64,000 nt of DNA from a virus (taxonomy: Duplodnaviria > Heunggongvirae > Uroviricota > Caudoviricetes), in IMG/VR virus record IMGVR_UViG_3300028805_000051, positions 43,394-107,393 of that record; one strand, given 5' to 3'. Below, one piece after another: positions 28,332 through 40,482 of the stretch. Positions within the stretch are counted from its first letter, which is position 1. Each line of letters begins with the position of its first letter. The translations under genes and the position numbers were made by a program. The notes under the pieces are model-generated. The model was not told the DNA's origin, searched no databases, and was given only the letters and a program-made list of their open reading frames with translations.

Positions 28332-28333
28332 AA

Positions 28334-30244
28334 TTATTTTTTTAATTCACCTAATTTTTTACCAGGATTATATGTCTAAACTTTCTAATTATCTGCCCAT
28401 CTTTGTGCAGCTGATGTTGCATTTTCTTGAGGTAGTTTATAATATTTATCACCACCATAAGTAGATGCAATAATATCTTCTCTTACTGGTATAAATACTG
28501 CACCTTCATATAATTTATCATGGGTATGAAATAAACCACCTTCATCTAATGAGTAGTTTTTATCATGGGTTTTCATATATTGTTTAAAGTTTTCTCTTAC
28601 TTTATCTGATGCTTCATGACTTGCGTAAGCACTTACATCAACATCTTCCTATAAAGAATTTTCATCAACCAAAGCTCCTACTCTTGCAAATCTTGCATAA
28701 TAAGCAGTGTCTAATTTTGGATGTCCATTTTCGTCATACCCAATATACATTGATGGAAGATTTATACTTTCACAAAAAGCGTTAACTTGTTCTGCATTAT
28801 TTTTATCAACTTTTTTATTTTGTATAGCCTAATCTAGTTTTTGCATTTTAGTTGTTAATTCTATATCAGGTCTAATTATTCCAGTCTCATTAAAATACTA
28901 AACATCTATTGGTAAATCTACACTTACAATGTCAGCATTTTTTAAGAAAACTTTATTAAGAGTTTCAATTTTCACACCACCGTAAGTAGCATTATTCCAA
29001 TCTAATATTCCTGCAAAAGCTCCATTTGATGCATCATTTAATGTACTATATTCCCCAAGTGGTTTTCCAGTATGATCTGTAATAACTCCATTTATTCCAT
29101 GTAATTTAAATTCATACACAGTTCCCGGATTCATTTTTATTTCTTTTTGATAACCCCTACCTAAAACAAATCCAATAGAAGGAGTCATTTCAATACCTTT
29201 AGCATCGCTACCAACACCATTACTACTGTTTCCTGAACCTGAACCAGAGTCACTACCATCAGTATTTTTAACTAATCCATTAGAAAGTTCTATTGTACTA
29301 TCAAACCCAGAAAATACTAATGTCTAAATTAAATTAAAAGCTCCTTCTGCCGAACCACCTTTAACTTTAAGTAATGTTTTAGCATTATTTGGTAAAGTTT
29401 TCCATAAATAATTTAATGCTAATTTAGCCTAATCAGTCTAATCTTTAGTTAACTTACCTTGTTTATATAATCCTTCTACTGTCATGCCAGCTTGAAAGGC
29501 TTGTTCTAAATTAGCTAAACCAGAAATAATTCCATTAGCACTTTTTTCAGAATATCCTTCTTGTTTTAATGTTGTAGTACCAATTTTACTAGCAACTTTT
29601 TGCAAATAATCTGTTACTTTTTCCATACCAACACCATTACTAACAATGGAAAATATATTATTATTAAAAGCAAAATCCGGATTATTTGCTCTATAATATA
29701 GTAAATTAGCATTAGTTAAAACTTGATAATTTTCTTTATCTTTAATACTATTATATTGTTCAGGAGTTATTTTATCAATTGCACCAGACTTTTGATCCTA
29801 GATATAAATCTTACCTTGAGTATCTATTGCAATTTCATTATAACCACCTTCCTTTACTACCTGATCTCTAACATCTTTATATTCTTGTTGATTAAATTCA
29901 GCCATTCTGATACTTCTTAATGCAGATAAATATGTTGAAATTAAATCACTAGTATTTAATTCTCCATTACTACTAAATAAAGAAGCATCATCATACATTT
30001 TCTAAATCTACTACGTTACTATACTCTAATCAACAGGTAATCCTTTTAATTCTTTCACTAGTCCAAGTAAATCCTTTAAACCTACTTTACTTGAAGATTT
30101 ACTTTCTCCATCATTTTGTGAAGTAGGAACAGCTGTTGTAGCCTATGGTGATGTAGCCTATTTATTTAATCCAGTAAATGGCTAATAATTAATAAAAAGA
30201 GATGATATATCCCCTCCTTCTTGATATTTTAATATAGGTTTCAT
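28334..30244 (-). CDS. Putative cargo/internal virion protein (~636 aa, TAG=Gln)
   Basis: Starts MKPILKYQEGG; track ORFs 29798, 29438, 28898 and 28385 are in frame; TAA at 28334. Confidence 0.75.
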
Positions 30245-30253
30245 ATATTATTT

Positions 30254-30284
30254 AAAATAAAGGGAGGGATTATACCCTCCCTAT
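30254..30284 (-). terminator. Intrinsic terminator
   Basis: AGGGAGGG-TATAAT-CCCTCCCT followed by TTATTTT on the minus strand, right after a stop codon. Confidence 0.8.
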
Positions 30285-30286
30285 AA

Positions 30287-32755
30287 TTATTTTTGCATCA
30301 TAAGTTTTCTATAATAAGCATATGCATCTCTATTTGTCTTAAGATGATGATCTAAATTCATAGTCATTAAATCATGAAGCATTCTCTCATACATTGCTCT
30401 CCCATATTCCCCAACTTTTCCACCTCTCTTATAAATAATTGGAACTGGATTTGGTGTTTGTTCTCCAAATATATATCCATATCCAGCATATGGAGTTCCT
30501 GTAGGAGCTAAATGCTCTGTATCATAATGATCTGCAGCTGCTTGTTTAGCCTATTCTAATTGTAATCTTATAATACGTAAATTCTTTTTAGTTTCTTCAT
30601 TACTAGGATTTTCGTAATATGCTTCAGTAAGTGCATCTACTTGAGATTGTAAAGCTCTAACTTTTGAATCATTTTGAATAGTATATAACTTATCTCTGTT
30701 ATAATTTCTTTCAGCATTTAAAGCAGTTCCATATTGTCTAGACATTATATTATTAACATCAAGTGCTCCATTTTTGCTGAATAATTCAGCTAACATATGA
30801 CGTCTTGTATTCCAAAGAGCAACATCTGATTGTCTATTCTTTTCACCGGCTTCGTGACGATATAAATTATTCTTTTGAGCAACTTCGTTTTCTTTATCAA
30901 TACTTGCTCTAGTATCATCAGCTTGTTTACTAATTAAAGGAGTATTTGCTGACATAGCTTGTCTTCGATAATTTATATTATAAGCATGACCTGCACCCTA
31001 ATCAGATGTTCCAGATGCTGCAGTGTTTCCTAAACGATTAAAATCAGCATTATTTTTAGCAATGTGATCTTCTAATGGTTTATCAGTATATTGTTTATAA
31101 TGTTCCATAGGTGGAGATACATGAAAATTACGTATTCCATTCATAATATTATAAACCATCTGATTAGTCTACTTAGCTAAATTAAGCTTTCTATTTTCTA
31201 ACCAAGTAATATATCTATCAGTTGGACTTATATTATATTCTTTTCCTGGGGTGCGTCCTGTTTCTCCATTTTCTGGAATTTCTACATCCTCCGATGTTTT
31301 TGGGTTTCCTAAAGTTCCAGTTAATAGACCACTTCCAACAGTTCCAGTTGTTAAACCAGTATTTTGTGATGTTGCAGATGGATTATTTGTATTAGTGCTA
31401 ACTGGATTGTCTGGATCACTTAATAAATCATTATCATTAAAAAGCAAATTAGTGCCTAATTTCGCTTTTAGTACACCACCTTGTTTATATGAAATATCAG
31501 TTATTTTATTATATTTTAAGTATGAATTTGCTAACCATGTTTGTAAGTTACTATCTTCTGAATTAAAAGCATCTTTTATGGCATTAAAGTTAAGTATATA
31601 TTGATTATTTGATTTAGTTGCGGTAATTAATAATCCTTTATTCCAATTAGGAAGATAATAAGTATTATTAATAAGTTTAGCATTATGTTTTAAATATTCT
31701 GAAACTACTTCAGACCTAAACTCAAAAGGCTAATTTGTATTAGTTATAATTTTTAAGAAATCATCTATAGATAGATTTTTTGCTTTATTAATATTGTCTG
31801 AATCTAATACATTTTCTCTATCATAAAATAAAAGTTGCTAACCATAACTTTGAACCTAATTATTTAAGTACTAAGATAAATGGTTTAACCAATACTTCTT
31901 TTTAGTATCAACTAATGTATTATACTCTTGAGTTCCAAAAGAATGTGGATTTATTCCAGTATTATTTAAATAAGCATTATTTTTATTAGCAGCAATAGCT
32001 TCATCTTTTTCTTCTTGAGTCATATATCGTTCATCAGTGAACATATAATGTGACATCCAAGGAGCAATTTTACCAAGTTTAAAACCTGATACACCATTTG
32101 ATAATGCATTTATTCTATCTAACTCTTTAACTTTATCTTCATCTGATATATCATATTCACCATTATTTAAGGCTTGAGCATATTTTTCAAGTTCTTGTTT
32201 TATAAATCCCTATCTACCAGATGTTGCTCTTTTACCATTATTTAATGGATCATATTGATTTGCCCAAGCTAATAACTATTCAGGATTTTTAGTAGGATCT
32301 TGTTGATTACCTTCTCCAAAAATAGATGTTCCAATTACATTTCTTAAAGTATTAGAATCCCACTCTTTTAAAGATTTGTCTTTTTTAGGAGTTAACTAAT
32401 TAGCTACACCAATTAAATAAGTCTGGACATTAGTATATGGATTAAATCCAACTCTACGACCCGATAAAAATCCACCTTTACCATCAGTTCTTTGACCATT
32501 TCTTTCTTTATAATAATTTTCTTCTTCTGGTATGCCATGAATTTTACCAAACTCTGAAGTTGTATATTTTCCGTCAACTATTCCTTGTAAAACTTCCTAA
32601 AAACTATTCATAAAGTCAGTACGTTCATCACCTTGAAGCATTTGATAATCCATCCATTGATTTGCTTTAGATTGTGCTAAACGTACAAAATCATTTCGAT
32701 CCAAATCCCTGCCAGCAAAATGTATTGTTTTAGGTTTATTATTTTCGTTTGGCAT
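30287..32755 (-). CDS. Putative cargo/internal virion protein (~822 aa, TAG=Gln)
   Basis: Starts MPNENNKPK; track ORFs 31871, 31169 and 30551 are in frame; YKQGG and YKRGG motifs; ends TAA. Confidence 0.75.
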
Positions 32756-32770
32756 AATTATTAATAATAT

Positions 32771-32810
32771 TAAAAAAGGAGATATATAAATTTACTTATA
32801 TACCTCCTTA
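32771..32810 (-). terminator. Intrinsic terminator
   Basis: AAGGAGGTATATAA...TTATATATCTCCTT stem followed by a T-run on the minus strand. Confidence 0.8.
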
Positions 32811-32832
32811 TCAATTGTTTTAATGTAAAAAA

Positions 32833-33159
32833 TTATTTCTTACGATAAGCAAGGCGACCTCCCTTACGATAAACGGGTTCTCCCTGCTCAGCAGGAGCTT
32901 CTGCAGGAGCACCTGCTCCACCCTGTGCTAGTTGTACAAGGGCTGCACAAACTTGAAGTGCCAATTGACCATCATTTGTTTGAACTGCTTGCATAGCAGC
33001 TTGTAAAATTTGTTGCATTGGATCTGCTTGTGCAGGTTCTGCACCTTGAGCTGGTTCAGCTGGAGCTGGTTCAGCAGCTGCTGCTCCACCTTCAGGCATT
33101 GGACCACCTTCTTGGAATCTTTTTACTTCTTTCTCTAATTTACTAAAGTTAACTTTCAT
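32833..33159 (-). CDS. Small Ala/Pro/Gln-rich crAss virion protein (108 aa)
   Basis: Intact ORF with FQEGG near the N-terminus and YRKGG near the C-terminus; contains no TAG. Confidence 0.85.
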   Translation of the reverse strand: MKVNFSKLEKEVKRFQEGGPMPEGGAAAAEPAPAEPAQGAEPAQADPMQQILQAAMQAVQTNDGQLALQVCAALVQLAQGGAGAPAEAPAEQGEPVYRKGGRLAYRKK

Positions 33160-33263
33160 AATTCTAAATATTTATTAAAATTTTATTATTAATTTTACAA
33201 ACATTGGCATTATCATATTTCAAATAAATAATACCTTAATTTTTTTAGTTATCAAAGTTCATA

Positions 33264-33857
33264 TTAATTTTTATCTTTAGATTCAGGTAATTGTACATAT
33301 TCAGGATCTCGTGAATCCTATTTCTTTAACACTTTAAACATATATTTACCTAATCTTTTATAATCAGAATCATTCTTAGAATCATAAGCTTTTTTAGCCT
33401 AACGAATAAGAACTTTTGTTTCTTTTCTACTAACTATTCTTTCACCACCTTTGAGGTTCATTTGAGTAGAACCATCTGGTGCAAGAACTTTCATAACATA
33501 TTCCTTAGTATCGTCAAGAAACTCTAATTCATCTCCTTTTTTGATTCCAGAGTTAGCATTAACTTCAACAACATATAATGTTTCAGGTTCTCCTATTAGA
33601 GTTTCATCATTAGGTTCACGAGTAACAACTTTAGTTACTTCTAAATCAGAATTAATAAAAATCTAATCTAGTGATATCTATGTGTTATACATCCACATTT
33701 CATGGTTTCCCTCTTCTCCAAAATCAAAAAGCATTCCTTCATGTTCACCAAGATTAGTAATACCCATTAAACCTTTTCTTAATTCATTTTGAGTTGATGC
33801 TATATCTAAAGTGTATTCTTTATTTCCTAATTTAACCTTTGTTTTCTCCATTTTCAT
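33264..33857 (-). CDS. DUF192-family protein (TAG=Gln)
   Basis: DIASTQNELRKGLMG...EGMLFDF...MWMYNTQ(TAG)ISLDQ(TAG)IFI...YVVEVNANSGI matches the DUF192 pattern; continues to TAA at 33264. Confidence 0.8.
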
Positions 33858-34062
33858 TTTTTCTAAAAGCACCTGTGACACTGTCAACTCCTAATAATGC
33901 AACTATTGCACAAATTAGAAATTCTGTAAAATCTGGAGCTTGTTTTGTTTCAAATAAGATTACTAAAAAACCTATTAATAATACAATCCAACCAAGTATA
34001 CCACAAACTCTTTTACTAGATAATCTTCCTTTAGGGGTTTCAATTATTTGCCAAAGTCTCAT
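33832..34062 (-). CDS. Holin-like small membrane protein
   Basis: 76 aa, SSKRVCG followed by two hydrophobic helices and a charged C-terminus; ATGA overlap with the upstream gene. Confidence 0.6.
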   Translation of the reverse strand: MRLWQIIETPKGRLSSKRVCGILGWIVLLIGFLVILFETKQAPDFTEFLICAIVALLGVDSVTGAFRKNENGENKG

Positions 34063-35651
34063 TGTTCATTATTTAAAAGTCCAACACGATCATCTGTATT
34101 TTCCATTATTTGTACTGAAAGAAGTTTTCCAGCTTCAATAGCAAAATTTTCTTTTTCTTTATTAGTGTATTCATTAGAATTAAACTTTTTATAAAGTTCT
34201 TCTAACTTTTCAGTGGTTTCTTTATTAAATATAATCTCTGAACGTTCAATTTCTGCTTGTTGCTCACCACTATTATCTATTACTGGAATACCTTTTTTTG
34301 TAAAGTTTTCAGCATTTTCCATATGATGTAATCTAGCATGTAAACTTCCTTCAGGAATTACATTCATTTGCCCACCTTCTTTATGGCTTTCTACTTTCCT
34401 TTTATACTTATAGTATTTTAAAGGTTTACCGTCTTCTTCAGTAATTAAATCATATTCTTCTCTAAACTTTTTAGCTTCATCAGAATCCCCATTATACCAA
34501 TCTAATTCATATTTTACAGTTGGATGAGTTGAAGATTTTAGAAATTCACCAGTGGGAGGAAATATTGAAAATCCGTGGTAAGAATTATCCTCTGGATTTA
34601 ATTCGAAGAGTTTTTCATTTAAAGCATCTTGAAAATTCCAAACATTTGGAGAATTATCAAATAAATATCTCATTCGATAGCCATCTTCTCCATCATTTCC
34701 TTGCTACAAGTTTTCTGGTAAAGTAGATAAAAATTCTTTATATGTTTCATCATTCTTTTCTTTCTTTACTTTACCTCCATTTTGAAATTCTTGTATTTCT
34801 TCTTCTGTAAATAAAGTTGAAAAGAATGAATCATCCTATTCTTTAGTAGTTGGTTTAAAAACTAAATCCTAAAAGAATTGACCACCATCTTTCATTACAT
34901 AAATTTCTTCTTTATTTATTTCTTCTGGTTCTTTAAATTTAATTTGTAATGAAAGTTGTTTAATTTTATTAATTTTCATACCTAACTATCCATATCTTGC
35001 ATAATTCTAGACATAACCTCCTCTTAATCCATAAGCATTCTGCATTGCTTTATTTTGAGTCATAGAAGCCATTTGTAAATAATCTGCGTCAGAATTTTGT
35101 TTTATTCCTTGAATAGTATTATCTTTAAGTTTTGCATCTTCAATCATCATATTTGCTTTACTTCTGCCAAATAATAATTTTGCTCCAGCATTTGCTTCTG
35201 CATTGTGAGCATTTTGAGTAGCTCCAGCATAACCATTTTGCATAACTTGCATATCAGCAGACATTTTATAGTCATCTGTCTTTTTCTTATTTAAAAGATA
35301 TCCAATTCCTGGAACAAAAGAACTTATAGCATTTAAAGCATCTGTTCCACCACCTAATCCTTTTGAAACATCAGAAAATCCTCCAGTTTTATCTAGTGCA
35401 GTAATTGCTACACCAGCTGCCATAGCATAAGGATTTCCTGAAGAAAGTAAAGTATTTGAAATAGTGCCTCTAGCATTTGCAGCCATCTAATTATTACTAT
35501 TTAGATCTGCATTGGGAGTTGGGAATCTTTGTAACATTCCATCAACTCCCTATGCGATCATTCCGTATCCACTAGACTACATAAATCCAGCTAATGCTGT
35601 TCTCCAATCTTGTGGACTGCCACCATTTTCGTATTTTTTAATTAATTTCAT
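34059..35651 (-). CDS. Cargo protein with a Gly/Ala-rich membrane-like N-terminal half (~530 aa, TAG=Gln)
   Basis: Starts MKLIKKYENGG; track ORFs 35007 and 34059 are in frame; C-terminal NVIPEGSLHARLHHM...GIPVI...AEIERSEIIF; ends TGA. Confidence 0.75.
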
Positions 35652-38600
35652 TAAGCTATTGTATTAAAACTTGTAGCAGTTGCTAAAACAATTACTAATT
35701 TATCTCCTTTATAACGTATTCTAGTTTTTAATACTTTATCAAGTAATTTAACTTCTGTTCGTTTATTTGCAATTGAATCCCAAGGAGTTCCATCTAATAA
35801 AGTAGTGTCATAACCAATATTAGATATTTCTAGTGGAAAATCATTATCAGTTAATTGTCCTTGTGTATAATCATACACTTCTTTAGGAACATTTGCTAAT
35901 ACTAATTTTGGAAGCCAAGTATTATTTTTTTTCAACCAAGTATTATTTCTATTTAATACAATTAATGGAGATATTTGAATATTCCATTTATCATTTACAT
36001 ATTGAATATTTCCTCTACTTCTTCCAACTTCTTTAATATCTCTGCATTTAACATGATTACAAATACTAAACTAATCAAGTGTCTAATCCCATAAGATTTC
36101 TCCTCCTGTTATATTTGGATAATCTGAATAAGGTAAACTAGCAATAATTCGTTTATAAAAATCTTCAACTTCATTAAATGTGTCTTGTCTCATATATATA
36201 ATTGGAAACAATGTATCTTTATAAGATGTTGAAACAGCTGCATTTCCTCTTAATGGATTACCATTTCTATCTCTTTCAACATAATCAGAAGATGTAATCA
36301 TTTGTGGTAAATATCCAGTAATTGAATCAAACACAGCATGATCATATAATAAATCTGATCCATTGTACTAATATAATGCTTTAGTTGCTTCTTGTCTAAA
36401 ATACATAGCTGGTTTTTGTAATGCAAAATCATAACTATCACCAATTATAGTATAATGTATTGATTCTGGAGCAACATTATTTGATGAAATTTGTAAATTA
36501 TCAAATTGTTTATATCCAGCATTATCATTACCAACGACATATTCAAATTCAAATGGATGTTGTTTACCATACCAGAAACAAGGCCTAATTTTATCTTGAG
36601 CATCAATTAAACCAGCAAATCCATGTTTCCAGAATTTAGTTTCAAATGTAGGTAATTGGACTGAAATAACATTCTAATTTTCATTATTTATTCTAACATC
36701 AACAGTATTTAATGTTTCAGATACCCAACGTCCATTCTCATTTCTTACTCTACTGGTATTTTCATAAATATCTTTTAATGTTAAAAATACTTGAGATTCA
36801 TAATATCCAGCATTCGATACTTGATATTGTGACCAACCATTTGGGTCAGAATTTGATTCAACTACAGATAAATTACATCTAATATTTAATTGAACGCAAG
36901 GAATAATTGGATCTTTTATCTACCCTGCTATTAAAAACCAATGTTCTAGTAAATCATTATATTTATCAGTTTTTATTTTTAATTCTGATTTTATAACATT
37001 ATCACCAACTTTAGTCTATACAATATCAAAATATTTCCAGAATCCAAAATTATCTCTAATTAATTCAAAAGCAAGATAATAATCTCTATTTATTTCTCCT
37101 TCCGGTAAAGGTCTATTTGCTAAATGGAGCTCTTCTTGAAATGAATCATCTTCAATTAATGGACTTTCCATACAAACACCACTAGCATTTTCATTATTGT
37201 AAGTACTTTGGCTTAATTTAGCAATCCATTTAGATGAATTTCTATCATAGGTAAAGTATATATTATCTATGTTTGTAGAATAAGAAGGAATCCAAGAATA
37301 AAATGTAACAAATGCTTGTTGTAATTCATTCCAACACAAATTCCATACTTTTTCTTCAAATCCATAAGTATTATCATAATATGTAAACATTACATCATGT
37401 TTAAAAGCATTGTAATGTGTTTTAACATTTCTAACTCCAATTACTGGTGTTAATTCTTTTTCACTTAATGTAATATTTTCATTTAAGAATTTCTAAACTT
37501 TAAAATCAGAAATACATTCTAATTTAGTTCCATCTGTTCTCCAAATCTTTTTACCAACTGTATCTACTCCATATATATAATTATCAGATTTACATATACT
37601 TTCTGGCCATTGTGAGCCAAAGTCAGTTGAAATCATTATAGGAGTAGTAGCTAATGGTTTAATTGCCCCAACAGCAATCTATGTACCATCATCAGTAGGA
37701 ATTAATGCCTTTTCATTTACCGCAGCTAATGCAATTCCATGCTCAAATACAATAATTAAATTTCCTCTCCATTCGACTAATTTTGTTATTCCACCATATT
37801 GATTTGAGTAATCAACATAGGATATTCCTTTAAATACTCGGAATCCATTTTTAAATGCATCGGTTTGAGCAATATCAGAATAAATAACTCTAGTTTGGAA
37901 TATATTTTTAATATAAGGGACTGGAGGTTGTAAGAAATTCATTCTTTCTCCGGTAGTAGCATTAAATCCCTAATTAAACATTACTGATTCTGGAATCTTT
38001 CCATGACCATCTACTCTAAATGAAGATAATGGATAAAAAGAACGTTTATTTCCAGTTAATGCTTCTTCAGATGGAAAACTTCCATCCCAATCTCTCATTG
38101 CAAGATTAATTGAAGAATAACACTTCATTGTTAAATATGTGCCAATTCTAACAGCATTTAAATCTCCACGATTTATATCTTCAGTAGAATCAGTATCTTC
38201 ATCATATTTTTCCCTCCAAGTATCTTCTTCAACAATTGTATCGTTACAAGGAGCATCAGGATCCTAAAAGTTTCTGTTAATTCTATGTGTAAACTAACTT
38301 ATAAAACAATCACCTCTATAAATATGTTCTCCATCTTCAGGAAATTCATTAAGACTTGTTCTTGGAGAAACTGGATAATAAGAATCTTCACAATTAATTC
38401 TTATTTTAAAATATTCCTACATATCACTAACATCATATCCAGGAATATAAATATTAACTAAAGAATTTGGTTTTAAAAGATTAGTATTATATATTCCTAA
38501 ATATGGAGAATATAATCCTCTAACAATTTTTACTTTATGTTCTTGTACATAATTAGGAATATTAGGCTATCCATTTGTAAATGTTATATTTGTTTCAAGT

Positions 38601-40480
38601 ATATCAAAATTTCTCTTTCTAGGTTTTGTTGATTTTCCTACCAAATATTGAAATGTATTTTCATTTGCACTCCCAGCAACATTTCTAAATATATTATTAC
38701 CATCTCTTAGTAAACCACTGTCTGGAACTGAAGCAACTTTAGCTTTAATAAAAGGAGCTGCATTTGTATGTGTATATTTACCCTTATTATTTATAAATAT
38801 ATGATTTTGCTCTCCTCCTAAACTGAATTCATCAGATGTTACTTGTTTTAGTTTTAATGTTCCTCCAGTAAAAATGTTGTTATAGTATGCTTGATTCATT
38901 TCAAACTCTGGACATATACCAACAGATGTTTTAGTGTGATTATTTCCTAATAACATCAACCTTCTTCCATACTCATGAGTTACATATCCTCTAGAATCTA
39001 GAAATGATTCAGTTACCCATTTTCCAGAAGTAGAATTACTACCATCTTTTAAAAACCAAGCAGGTATTCCAGAATAAGAATCTTGACCAATCATAAATGC
39101 CTAACAAAGAATAGTAGGAATACGTTTTTGTCTTACAAAGAAATATCCTTTTATATTTAAATTGCTTAATTCCTATAATAGACCAGTTTGTGCTTTAAAG
39201 ATAAAATGTCTAACCTAAAAATAATCATCTTTTCTATCTTCATTGTCATATATTCTACAAACTCCAGCAGAATTTTCAAGAGTAAAATTATTTATTAATT
39301 GAGTATCATAATCTACTGTTATTTCATCCCAAGGATCATATCCACTTGCATTTGGATCATCTATATTAGGAACATTATTTCTTCCTCTTATGTTGTAAAC
39401 TGGAGATAAAGATCCATTTGACATTATATAAACAACACCAAATCGATAAATTTCTTCATTCCAATAACCTACTTTATTATATATATTTTGAACATTGTAA
39501 TATCCGCCAGGATTATAAGTTTCATTTAATGTACTTCCTAATTCTGTTTCTTCATCAATTGCTTTATAATAAGGAGTAAATCCTAAACTCAATTTAGCTA
39601 AAGTTTCATAATCTGGAGTATATTTTTGTACATTACCAAGAAACAACATATTTTGGCACACTTCTTGAGTTTTAGCAGCTGAAGCTAAAAAGAAGTCCTG
39701 ACTCAAATCTTCTACTGGAATAATTTCTGATAATTCGTTTCCAGTAATATGAATACTACAAACATTCTAACGTATTCTATATCTATTTAATATTTTTACA
39801 GCTTGAACAGATCTCTATAAATTATCTGCTCCAGAAGTTCTAGAATAATAAACAGAAACATAATCATATCCAGAATCTAAATTAGTAATAATAAACTAAA
39901 TAGATTTACCACTATTTTCATTAAACTAACCTCCCCTTATTGAGGCAGGATCATTTAAGGAGCCCATATGAATGGTTACTATTCCAGATTCTGCAACAAT
40001 ATCAGTTTCATTGCCATCACCATCAGATAATTTGAAATAAAAAGTATAATTTCCTACTTGTAAATTACCTCCATAAAATACTCCAGAAAAATTAACTTTT
40101 GGAATATTTATATATTTCTTTAATAAAGAAGTATCTATTTCAAATTCTGATTCATCATATATATTAGTATCAGTATTACCTGTTCTATCAATTCTTTCGT
40201 AAGTATTATTTTCTTTTGCTGTAAATCTAGTGTTTATAAGCCTTGGCTAATTCTTGTTATCATTAAGAATTAAATTTACAGAACCATCGTAAGATTTTTG
40301 ACAGACTATATCTACAGGATGTTCTAAGTCAAAATTTAACTAAGAAGATCCTGTAGTTATTAAGTCATCAATTTCTCCATTTAAATCATCTGGACGATAA
40401 TTATATAATGGATTATATTCATATACGATTTTTCCTTTAGGCTTAATTGCTTTAATATTATAACCAAATAACTCAGCCAT
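35651..40480 (-). CDS. Tail stabilization/muzzle protein (P22 gp10-like, ~1609 aa, TAG=Gln)
   Basis: Six track ORFs share one frame; YDGSVNLILND, YGGITKLVEWRGNL and FVTFYSWIPSY motifs recalled from crAss tail-stabilization proteins; ends TAA. Confidence 0.75.
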
Positions 40481-40482
40481 AA

